Shown piece by piece: positions 49,598 to 57,888 of a stretch of 64,000 bases of DNA. The translations under genes and the position numbers were made by a program. The DNA is from Candidatus Eiseniibacteriota bacterium (GTDB lineage Bacteria; Eisenbacteria; RBG-16-71-46): NCBI GenBank assembly GCA_963776245.1, contig CAVZLN010000004.1:96001-160000 (forward strand). Direction: 5' to 3'. Positions within the stretch are counted from its first letter, which is position 1, and each line of letters begins with the position of its first letter. A model generated the notes under the pieces. That model saw only the letters and a list, made by a program, of their open reading frames with translations. It was not told the origin of the DNA and ran no database searches.

Positions 49598-51303
49598 CGG
49601 GCTGGCCGAGGCGCTGCGCGCCGTCGGACTGTTCAGCCCTGAGCGCCTCGCCCGGCTCGAGCTCGCCATACCGCGCGAGCGCGCGCACGGCGACTGGACC
49701 ACCAATCTCGCGCTGCTGCTGGCGAAGGACTCGGGCCGTCCGCCGCGCGCGCTGGCCGAGGCGCTGGCCGGGGCGTTCCCGTCCGACCCGGCCATGTTCG
49801 GGACCGTCGAGGTGGCCGGACCGGGATTCCTGAACCTCCGCTACAGCGACGCGTTCCTCGACCGCCTGCCGGCGCGGATCGTGCGCGAGGGGGACGGTTT
49901 CGGGCGCCACCCGCACGCCGGTGGCACCGCGGTGCTGGTGGAGTACGTGAGCGCCAACCCGACCGGACCGCTCAACGTGGTGAGCGCGCGCGCGGCGGCG
50001 GTGGGAGCCACGCTGGTGCGCCTGCTGGCGGCGACCGGCCACCGCGCCGAGGGCGAGTTCTACGTCAACGATGCCGGCAACCAGGTGGACCTGCTGGGCG
50101 AGTCGGTGGCGGCGCGCTTCGCGTCCGCCCACCAGATCGAGCGCCCGTTCCCGGAGCAGGGCTACCTCGGCGAGTACGTGCGCGACGTCGCCGCGTCGCT
50201 CGAGCCGTCGCCGGCGCGGGCCGCGCTGGCCGACCCGGCGGGGGCGCGGTGGTTCCGCGAGCGTGCGCTCGAGCGCATGCTGGCGTGGCAGAAGCGCGAC
50301 CTGGAGGCCTACGGCGCCGAATTCGCCCGCTGGTTCCACGAGTCCTCCCTGCACGCCTCGGGCGCCGTGGGCGAGACCCTCGCCGCGCTCGAAGCGCGGG
50401 GCGCGGTGTACCGCGCGGTGCGGCCCGAGTCGGGTTACGAGCGTCCCGAGGACGCGCCGGCGGCCGAAGGGGGCGAAGCGACCTGGCTGCGCGCCTCGCG
50501 CTTCGGCGACACTCAGGACCGCGTGCTGCTGAAGAGCGACGGCGCGCCCACCTACCTGCTCCCGGACACCGCCTACCATCGGGACAAGCGCGCGCGGGGG
50601 TTCCGGCACGCCATCAACCTGTGGGGGCCCGATCACCACGCCTACGTCCGGACGCTCGCCGCCGCGCTCGCGGCGCTCGGGCTCGAGCCCGACTTTCTGC
50701 AGGTGCTCATCGTGCAGCAGGTGAACCTGCTCAAGGACGGCCAGCCGTTGCGGATGAGCAAGCGCAAGGGCGAGTTCATCACGCTGCGCGAGCTGGTGGA
50801 CGAGGTCGGGCCCGACTGCGCGAAGTTCTTCTTCCTGATGCGCTCGACCAACGCGCATCTCGATTTCGACCTCGACCTCGCGAAGCGCCAGACGGACGAG
50901 AACCCGGCCTTCTACGTGCAGTACGCGCACGCGCGCATCTGCTCGATCCTGAGCCGGGCGGCGGAGCGCGGGGCCCGGCGCGGGTGACGGGCCGGTGCGT
51001 CTCGCGACCCCCGAGGAACATCTGCTGGTGCGCCGGCTGGCGTCGTTCCCGGAGGTCGTGCGCGGTGCGGCGTTCGCGCGCGAGCCCCACCGCGTGCCGG
51101 CCTTCCTGATGGAGACCGCCGCGGACTTCCACCGCTTCTATCATCACTGCCGCGTGCTCACCGAGGACGCCGCGCTCACGCGCGGCCGGCTGCTCGTCGC
51201 CGAGGCCACCCGGGTCGTGGTGCGGAATGGGCTCGCGCTCCTCGGCGTCTCGGCGCCCGAACGCATGGAGCGCGCGGATCAGGACGAGGAGACCGGAGCA
51301 TGA
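49575..51303 (+). CDS. argS: Arginine-tRNA ligase with apparent +1 frameshift near 50970
   Basis: HGDWTTN, AGPGFLN, EYVSANPTGP, MSKRKG, YVQYAHARICS; anticodon-binding domain continues in the +1 frame (FHRFY...LLGVSAPERM). Confidence 0.93.
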
Positions 51304-52236
51304 ACGGCCCGGGTGAGATCCTGGTGGTCGGCTCGGTGGCGCTCGACAGCGTCCGCACGCCGTACGGCGAGGCGGTCGAGGCGCTCGGCGGGTCGGCGTC
51401 GTACTTCTCGGTCGCCGCGAGCCACTTCGCGCCGGTGCGCATGGTGGCGGTGGTGGGGGACGACTTCCCGGCGGAGCACCGCGCGCTGTTCGCGCAGCGC
51501 GACATCGACACCGCCGGGCTCGAGACCGCGCCGGGCCGCACCTTCCGCTGGCGCGGGGAGTACAGCGCCGAGCTCGGCCACGCGCACACGCTCGAGACCC
51601 AGTTGAACGTGTTCTCGTCGTTCCAGCCGAAGCTCGAACGACGTGCACCGCCGCACGCCCTTCGTGTTCCTCGCCAACATCGACCCGGAACTGCAGCTGC
51701 ACGTCCTGTCCCAGGTGCGCACACCGCGACTCACGCTCTCCGACACCATGAACTACTGGATCGCGCGCAAGCCTGACCGGGTGCTCGACGTGCTGCGGCA
51801 GGTGGACGTGGCGGTGCTCAACGAGGAGGAGGCCCGCGCGCTCGCCGGGGAGACCCAGCTGGTGAGAGCGGCGGACCGCCTGATCGAGGCCGGCGCGCAC
51901 GCGGTCATCATCAAGAAGGGCGAGCACGGCGCGCTCTACCGTTCGCCGGACGAGTGCTTCATCACCCCCGCGTTCCCGGTCGACGCGCTCACCGATCCGA
52001 CCGGAGCGGGCGATTCGTTCGCCGGCGGCTTCCTCGGCTGGATCGCGCGTCGCGGGCGCATCGACGGCAACGCGCTGCGACAGGCGCTCGCGTGCGGCAC
52101 CGCGATGGCGTCGATCGCGATCGAGGGATTCAGCCCGCGCCGTCTCGCGGAGGTGGATGGCGCCGAGATCCAGCGCCGGGTCGCGCTGCTCCATTCCATG
52201 GTCCATTTCGAACTCGAGTCCCTGTTCGACGCGTGA
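51300..52236 (+). CDS. PfkB-family carbohydrate/nucleoside kinase with apparent +1 frameshift near 51637
   Basis: VVGSVALD, LGGSASY, then in the +1 frame FLANIDP, KKGEHGA, DPTGAGDSFAGG. Confidence 0.9.
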
Positions 52237-52292
52237 GCCCCGCGGTCGCGCGCCGCCGGCCAATCCGCCCTTGCGGGCCGCGCTGAGGCGTG

Positions 52293-52301
52293 TGCTAGAC
52301 T
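52293..52301 (+). promoter_or_regulatory. Extended -10 promoter for the hypothetical-peptide-HD-GYP module
   Basis: TGcTAGACT; TTGCGG lies 19 nt upstream of the hexamer. Confidence 0.6.
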
Positions 52302-52344
52302 CGCCTCTCTGACCCACCGGAGCACGATCGAAGGGGGAGTCCGC

Positions 52345-53151
52345 GTGACCGTCGATTCGACCAGCGCCGCCTGGACGTCCCGAGTGGAGGCGGCCCTTCG
52401 CACCCTGCGCGACGTGGACGCGGTGGCCGTCCGGGCCGAGGGCGGGGTCATCCGCGAGATCCACGTGGTCACGTCCTCGCAGCGCCGGCCCAATCTGCTG
52501 GTGCGCGACATCCAGACCCTGCTCCTGACCCGGTTCCACCATTCGATCGACCGGCGCGTGGTCTCGGTGGTGTCGGTGGCGCGTGACGCGTCCATCGCCT
52601 CCATCCTCCCCGACTCCTCGGTCCGTCCCGCTCCCGCCGCCGCGTCCGTTCCCGAGCCGGAGCCCGAGCCCGATCCCGAGCCCGAACCGCCGCTGGATGA
52701 GCGCATCCGGTTCGGGAGCGTCAATCTCTACATCTCGGGACCGCGCGCCCAGGCCCAGGTGGAGCTGCGCTGGAAGGGCGTGCCCCGCATGGGGAGCGCC
52801 GCGGGATGGAGCACCCGTGACGGCGCGCACCGGCTGATCGCCACCGCCACGGTCAACGCGGTCCAGGAGTTCCTCGACGACGAGGTGGCGCTGGGCGTGA
52901 CCGAGGTCGAGTTCGTGACCATGGGGCGCCGCCGGGTCGCGGTGGTCGGGCTCGCGCTGCTGGCGCACCGCCAGGAGAAGCTGCTGGCGGGAAGCTGCAC
53001 GGTGGAGCAGGATGTGCAACAGGCCGTGGTGCTCGCGACGCTGGCCGCCCTCAACCGGGTGGTCGGCGGCATGCGCACCAAGGAACCCACGGAATACATC
53101 TTGAGACCGGCAGCGGTCCGGGAGGAGAGCGGAGCGAGTCGAAGTCGCTAG
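52345..53151 (+). CDS. Hypothetical two-domain cytoplasmic protein with a Pro/Glu linker
   Basis: GGGGGAG SD and GC3 bias; EIHVV..RRP..VRDIQ..IDRRVVSV domain, PEPEPEPDPEPEPP linker, C-terminal AVVLATLAALNR. Confidence 0.8.
   Translation: MTVDSTSAAWTSRVEAALRTLRDVDAVAVRAEGGVIREIHVVTSSQRRPNLLVRDIQTLLLTRFHHSIDRRVVSVVSVARDASIASILPDSSVRPAPAAASVPEPEPEPDPEPEPPLDERIRFGSVNLYISGPRAQAQVELRWKGVPRMGSAAGWSTRDGAHRLIATATVNAVQEFLDDEVALGVTEVEFVTMGRRRVAVVGLALLAHRQEKLLAGSCTVEQDVQQAVVLATLAALNRVVGGMRTKEPTEYILRPAAVREESGASRSR
52651..52692 (+). repeat. Degenerate 6-nt coding repeat (CCS GAN) encoding the Pro-Glu linker
   Basis: cccgag ccggag cccgag cccgat cccgag cccgaa. Confidence 0.6.
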
Positions 53152-53224
53152 AGCGAAGCGGACCCACCTGTCGCGGGAGCGGTACGACCCCCAACAGAAT
53201 CTTCCTATAAAGGAGGTGGGCTTC

Positions 53225-53275
53225 GTGGAACTCATCCAGGAGATCCTCATCCTGCTCAGCAAGGCGGGCTGGTAG
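53225..53275 (+). CDS. 16-aa peptide MELIQEILILLSKAGW
   Basis: AAAGGAGGT SD 7 nt before GTG; nearly all codons end in G/C; TAG stop; hairpin follows. Confidence 0.72.
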   Translation: MELIQEILILLSKAGW

Positions 53276-53284
53276 CACGCTGAG

Positions 53285-53305
53285 CACCGGGCCTGAGGCC
53301 CGGTG
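53285..53305 (+). promoter_or_regulatory. Perfect hairpin after the peptide ORF
   Basis: CACCGGGCC-tga-GGCCCGGTG; no U-tract. Confidence 0.6.
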
Positions 53306-53394
53306 ACGGCGGCCCCCGGATACGTTGCCGGTTTCATGTCTTCGCGTCATCGCCACCCCGAGCCCCTCGACCACCGCCCCCCGGTCCGAGACCA

Positions 53395-54726
53395 GTGAGC
53401 GCCACGACCTCCACGATCCGACACCCCGGACCCTTCGGCCTGTACTACGTCGCGGTGCTGGTGGGCGCGGGGGCGCTCCTGGCGGGCGGGTCGCAGCATC
53501 CGGGCCCGTTGCAGCCCGCGCTGATGGCCGTGGTCCTGCTCTTCATGGTGTTCAGCGAGGCACGCCCGGTGTCGCTGCCGAGCGGGGGCTTCGCGACCCC
53601 GAGCGCCGTGCTCGAGCTGCCCGCGCTGGTCCTCGTGGGTCCCTTCTGGACCTCGGTCCTGGATCTGGCGAGCACCCTGCTGGTGCAGGGCGTGGCGCAG
53701 CGCAAGTCGCCGCTCAAGCTGTTCTTCAACGCGGCCTCGAACGTCGTCACCTACTTCGCGGCGGCGGCGGCGTTCCGCGCGGCGGGCGGGAGCGTCGGCC
53801 GCGTGGCCCTGTCCGGCGACATGCTGCCGCTGCTGGTGTGCGGGGGCACCTACTTCCTGGTCAACTCCATCCTGGTGTCGATGGTGCTCGGGCTCGCCGA
53901 CGGCCAGGACCCGTGGCGGGTGTGGCAGCGCAACTTCCTCCAGAGCCTGCTCCACCATCTCTCGTTCGTGGCGCTCGGCACGCTGGTCGCCGTCACCTAT
54001 GTCAGCGTCGGCGGGTGGGCCTTCGTGCTCTGCGGCATCCCGTTCGTGGTCACGCGGCACGCGTTCCGCCTCTACGTGGAGATCCGGTCCGACCTCAAGG
54101 AGTTCGTGCGCGCGCTCTCCGAGGTGCTCGAGGAGGTCGATCCGTACACCCGCCATCACTCGATGCGCGTGGCGGAATACGCGGTGCGCATCGCGCGCGG
54201 GATGAACCTCTCGGAGCGCGACGTCGAGGAGATCGAGTACGCCGCGCTGGTGCACGACATCGGGAAGATCGGGCCCCAGCACCAGCACATCCTCCAGAAG
54301 CCGGGCTCGCTGTCGCATGAGGAGCAGCGCACGTTGCGCGCCCACCCGGGCGCGGGCGCGGACATCGTCGCGAAGGTGCGCGCACTGCGCCGCGCCGCCG
54401 AGATCGTGCGCAGCCATCACGAACGCCCGGACGGCGAGGGCTACCCGTTCGGTCTCCGCTCCGCCGACGTGCCGCTGGGCGCGCGCATCCTCAACGTCTC
54501 GGACGCGTTCGACGCGATGACCTCGGACCGGCCGTACCGGCGCGCGCTGTCGCTCGAGGCCGCCATCGGCGAGCTCAAACGTGGGGCGGGGACGCAGTTC
54601 GACGCCGAGGTGGTGGCGTGCCTGGTGCGCCTGCACCAGTCCGGCGGGTTCCCGCTGCTGCCGAGCCCGAGCAGCGAGGACCTGCTCCAGCTGAGGCTCC
54701 AGCCCCCGCGGCGGGCGCGCGCGTGA
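53395..54726 (+). CDS. Membrane-anchored HD-GYP cyclic dinucleotide phosphodiesterase
   Basis: About 6-7 N-terminal hydrophobic helices; HSMRVA, VHDIGKIG, HHERPDGEGYP, DAFDAMTSDRPYR. Confidence 0.92.
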   Translation: MSATTSTIRHPGPFGLYYVAVLVGAGALLAGGSQHPGPLQPALMAVVLLFMVFSEARPVSLPSGGFATPSAVLELPALVLVGPFWTSVLDLASTLLVQGVAQRKSPLKLFFNAASNVVTYFAAAAAFRAAGGSVGRVALSGDMLPLLVCGGTYFLVNSILVSMVLGLADGQDPWRVWQRNFLQSLLHHLSFVALGTLVAVTYVSVGGWAFVLCGIPFVVTRHAFRLYVEIRSDLKEFVRALSEVLEEVDPYTRHHSMRVAEYAVRIARGMNLSERDVEEIEYAALVHDIGKIGPQHQHILQKPGSLSHEEQRTLRAHPGAGADIVAKVRALRRAAEIVRSHHERPDGEGYPFGLRSADVPLGARILNVSDAFDAMTSDRPYRRALSLEAAIGELKRGAGTQFDAEVVACLVRLHQSGGFPLLPSPSSEDLLQLRLQPPRRARA

Positions 54727-55745
54727 TGCGCTACCGCGACGCGGGGGTGGACATCGCGCGCGCCGACGCGGTCAAGGACGCGATCGGACGGGCGGTCCGT
54801 TCGACCTGGCGCGACGGCGTGGTCCCGCTGGCCGGCGGATTCGCCGGCCTGATGGCGTTCCCCGGCGCCCCGGGCCTGCTCGCCGCGACCCTCGACGGGG
54901 TGGGCAGCAAGATGCAGCTGGCGATCGCGGCGGGGCGGGTGGACGAGGCCGCGGCCGACCTCGTGTATCACGGCGCCAACGACCTGCTGGTGCACGGCGC
55001 GCGACCCCTGGCGTTCCTCGACTACATCGCCCAGTCGAGGCTGGACCCCGCGGTCGTGGTGGCCGCGGTCGAGGGGCTGGCGCGCGCGTGCCGCGAGGTG
55101 GGGGCGGTGCTGCTGGGGGGCGAGACCGCGGAGATGCCCGACACCTACCGGGAGGGCGCGGTGGACGTGGCGGGGTGCATGCTCGGGATCGCCGATCCGG
55201 CGCACGTGATCGACGGCACGATGGTGGAGCCGGGCGACGCGGTGGTCGGGATCGCGGGCAGCGGGCTCCACACCAACGGCTACACCCTGGCGCGCCGGAT
55301 CGTGGCCGCGAGCTCGCTGACCCTCGACGCGCCGCTCCCCGGCGGCGACGGCGAGCGCGTGGGCGACGCGCTGCTGGCGCCGCACCGGTGGTACGGGCCC
55401 AGCGTGATGCCCCTGGCCGCCACCGGACGCCTGCACGCCCTCGCCCATGTCACCGGCGGCGGGATCGCCGGGAATCTGGCGCGCGTGCTCCCGACCGGAT
55501 GCCGCGCGCGCGTGGACGCTCGGGCCTGGCCGCGGCCCGCGCTGTTCCGGTGGCTGATGGAGGCGGGCGAGGTGCCCGAGGACGACGCCCGCGGCGCGTT
55601 CAACCTCGGGGTGGGCATGGTCGCGGTGGTGGCGCGCGCGGAGGCCGAGGAGGTCACTCGTTCGCTCACCGGGTCCGGGGAGACGGTGTGGCGCATCGGC
55701 GAGGTCGTGGCCGGGCCGCGCGGCGTCGAGTGGACGGAACGATGA
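54726..55745 (+). CDS. purM: AIR synthetase
   Basis: YRDAGVD, DGVGSK, PLAFLDY, GGETAEMP, SGLHTNGY, HVTGGG, FNLGVGM. Confidence 0.96.
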   Translation: MRYRDAGVDIARADAVKDAIGRAVRSTWRDGVVPLAGGFAGLMAFPGAPGLLAATLDGVGSKMQLAIAAGRVDEAAADLVYHGANDLLVHGARPLAFLDYIAQSRLDPAVVVAAVEGLARACREVGAVLLGGETAEMPDTYREGAVDVAGCMLGIADPAHVIDGTMVEPGDAVVGIAGSGLHTNGYTLARRIVAASSLTLDAPLPGGDGERVGDALLAPHRWYGPSVMPLAATGRLHALAHVTGGGIAGNLARVLPTGCRARVDARAWPRPALFRWLMEAGEVPEDDARGAFNLGVGMVAVVARAEAEEVTRSLTGSGETVWRIGEVVAGPRGVEWTER

Positions 55746-55779
55746 CCCCCGCTGGCGTGGTGGTGAGGAGGAGGGTGGG

Positions 55780-56799
55780 ATGCAGCGCCACGAACGGATG
55801 GACACGCCCCCCCTGGAGATGCCCCTGCTGCTGGGTGAGTCGCGGGCCTGGCGGGAGGTCGTCGAGTCCCTGCCGCGGATCGCGGTCAGCGGGCTCCCGG
55901 TGCTCGTGCTGGGGGAGACCGGGACCGGCAAGGAGCTGATCGCGCGCGCGCTCCACGCGTTGAGCCCGCGGCGACGCCGCGGATTCGTCGCCCACAACTG
56001 CGGCGCGACCCCCGACAGTCTGATCGAGAGCGAGCTGTTCGGGCACGCGCGCGGCGCCTTCACGGGCGCGATCGCCGAACGCCCGGGCCTGTTCGAGGCG
56101 GCGCACGAGGGCACGCTCTTCCTCGACGAGATCGGGGACGCCAGCCCGCTGCTCCAGATGAAGCTGCTGCGCGCGCTCCAGGAGGGCGAGTCGCGCCGCG
56201 TCGGGGACACGCGCGTGCGTCGCGTGGACGTGCGCGTGGTGTCCGCCACCCATCGAGGGCTCGACCAGTGCTTCGATGGGGGAGCGTTCCGCGCCGACCT
56301 GTTCTTCCGGCTCGCCGCGGTGCGGGTCCAGCTGCCGCCGTTGCGCGAGCGGGGCGACGACGTGGAGCTGCTGGCCCAGCACTACCTGGCGCGCGAGGCC
56401 GAGACCGGGCCGGCGCGGACGGCGTCGCTCGCGCCGTCGCTGGTCGAGCACCTGCGCCGTTACCCGTGGCCGGGCAACGTGCGCGAACTGGCCCACGCCT
56501 GCGCGTATGCCGTGCGGGTGGCGGGAGCGCGGGCGAGCGTCGGGCTGGAGCACTGGCCGCCGCCGCCGGTGACGGCAGGCGCGAGCGCCGGCACGGCGCG
56601 CGGGCTGCACGCCGAGACGCGCGCCCTCGAGGAGCGCCGCCTGCGTGAAGCGCTGGACCGGTCGCGTGGCAACAAGTCGCAGGCGGCTCGCGCGCTCGGA
56701 CTGTCCCGTCAGGGCCTGCTGAAGAAGCTGCGCCGCTACGGGCTCACGGCGCGCGAAGAGGCGGCCCTCGGCCTTGACGGTCCGGAGGGCGCTGCCTAG
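55780..56799 (+). CDS. sigma54 enhancer-binding protein (AAA+ and Fis HTH) lacking a sensory domain
   Basis: GETGTGKE, ESELFGH-GAFTGA, LFLDEIG, FRADLFFRL, WPGNVREL, NKSQAARALGLSR. Confidence 0.93.
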   Translation: MQRHERMDTPPLEMPLLLGESRAWREVVESLPRIAVSGLPVLVLGETGTGKELIARALHALSPRRRRGFVAHNCGATPDSLIESELFGHARGAFTGAIAERPGLFEAAHEGTLFLDEIGDASPLLQMKLLRALQEGESRRVGDTRVRRVDVRVVSATHRGLDQCFDGGAFRADLFFRLAAVRVQLPPLRERGDDVELLAQHYLAREAETGPARTASLAPSLVEHLRRYPWPGNVRELAHACAYAVRVAGARASVGLEHWPPPPVTAGASAGTARGLHAETRALEERRLREALDRSRGNKSQAARALGLSRQGLLKKLRRYGLTAREEAALGLDGPEGAA

Positions 56800-56802
56800 A
56801 CT
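56774..56802 (+). promoter_or_regulatory. sigma70-type promoter for the oxidoreductase-lnt unit
   Basis: TTGACG-N17-TAGACT. Confidence 0.65.
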
Positions 56803-56834
56803 GCCGCCCGGCCATTCTCCCTGGAGGAGTTCCC

Positions 56835-57851
56835 GTGGCGCGAAAGAACGTGCGGATCGGACTGGTGGGCGCGGGTGCGGCCGCCCAGATCAATCACATC
56901 CCGGCGCTGAAGAAGGCCGAGGGGCTCGAGCTCGCGGCGATCGTGGACCGCGATCCCGAGAAGGCGCAGCAGGTGGCGCAGCGCTTCGGGATCCCGGTCG
57001 CTTTCAGCCGCCTCGACGACCTGCTCGCCGACGAGAGCATCGACGCGGTCGATCTCTGCACCCCGAACTTCCTCCACCAGCCGATGGCGGTGGCTGCGCT
57101 CGAGGCCGGCAAGCACGTGCTCTGCGAGCGCCCGCTGGCGCGCAGCGCTCAGGAGGCCGTGGCGATGGTGAAGGCGGCGAAGAAGGCCGACCGCCTGTGC
57201 CTGTGCGCGGTGCAGCATCGCTTCCGGCCCGACGCCCAGCTGCTCAAGAAGTTCGTGGAGAAGGGCGACCTGGGCGGCATCTTCCACGCCAAGGCGGGGT
57301 GGCTGCGGCAGCGCACGACGTGGGACTCCGACGAGTGGCGCCGCACCAAGCGCGAGTCGGGGGGTGGCGTGGTGCTCGACCTCGGCTTCCAGATGCTCGA
57401 CCTCGCGCTCTGGGTGATGGGGAGTCCGAAGGTCGAGTCGGTGACGGCCGGCGTGCATCGCTCCCGCAAGGGGGAGGTGGAGGACTCGGCCACGGCGTTC
57501 TTCCGCCTCGCGACCGGCGCGACCCTGACGCTCGAACTCACGTGGGGTCTGCTGATGGAGAAGGACTTCGCCTACCTCAACCTGTTCGGTTCGGGGGGCG
57601 CCGCGCTGCTCAATCCGTTCCGCCTCCACAAGGGCATGCACGGCCAGCTCGTCAACGTGACGCCGGCCACGCTCGACACCGCGAAGAACCAGTACAAGCT
57701 CTCGATCGAGGCCCAGATCGCGCACGTCGCCGACGTGCTGCGCAAGGGCGCGCGGCCGATGGGCACCGCCGACGAGATCCTGCCGGTCATGGAGCTCATG
57801 GACGCGGTCTATCGCTCGGCCGAACAGGGCAAGGAGGTCCGGCTCGACTGA
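56835..57851 (+). CDS. Gfo/Idh/MocA-family oxidoreductase-fold protein
   Basis: IGLVGAG, CTPNFLH, AGKHVLCERP, SGGGVVLDLG, VEDSA. Confidence 0.9.
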   Translation: MARKNVRIGLVGAGAAAQINHIPALKKAEGLELAAIVDRDPEKAQQVAQRFGIPVAFSRLDDLLADESIDAVDLCTPNFLHQPMAVAALEAGKHVLCERPLARSAQEAVAMVKAAKKADRLCLCAVQHRFRPDAQLLKKFVEKGDLGGIFHAKAGWLRQRTTWDSDEWRRTKRESGGGVVLDLGFQMLDLALWVMGSPKVESVTAGVHRSRKGEVEDSATAFFRLATGATLTLELTWGLLMEKDFAYLNLFGSGGAALLNPFRLHKGMHGQLVNVTPATLDTAKNQYKLSIEAQIAHVADVLRKGARPMGTADEILPVMELMDAVYRSAEQGKEVRLD

Positions 57852-57888
57852 GCGCCGCGAGATCGGCCTCGCGCTGCTGTCCGGCGCG

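Noticed and set aside
50987..51303. argS as a pseudogene, naturally split gene or TGA-recoded gene
   Set aside because: The second part is in a different frame, so it is not readthrough; the gene is essential and one indel in a G-run restores it.
53195..53211. Dedicated promoter for the peptide (CAGAAT or TATAAA)
   Set aside because: TATAAA abuts the SD and no convincing -35 is present; more simply an unstructured translation enhancer, though not excluded.
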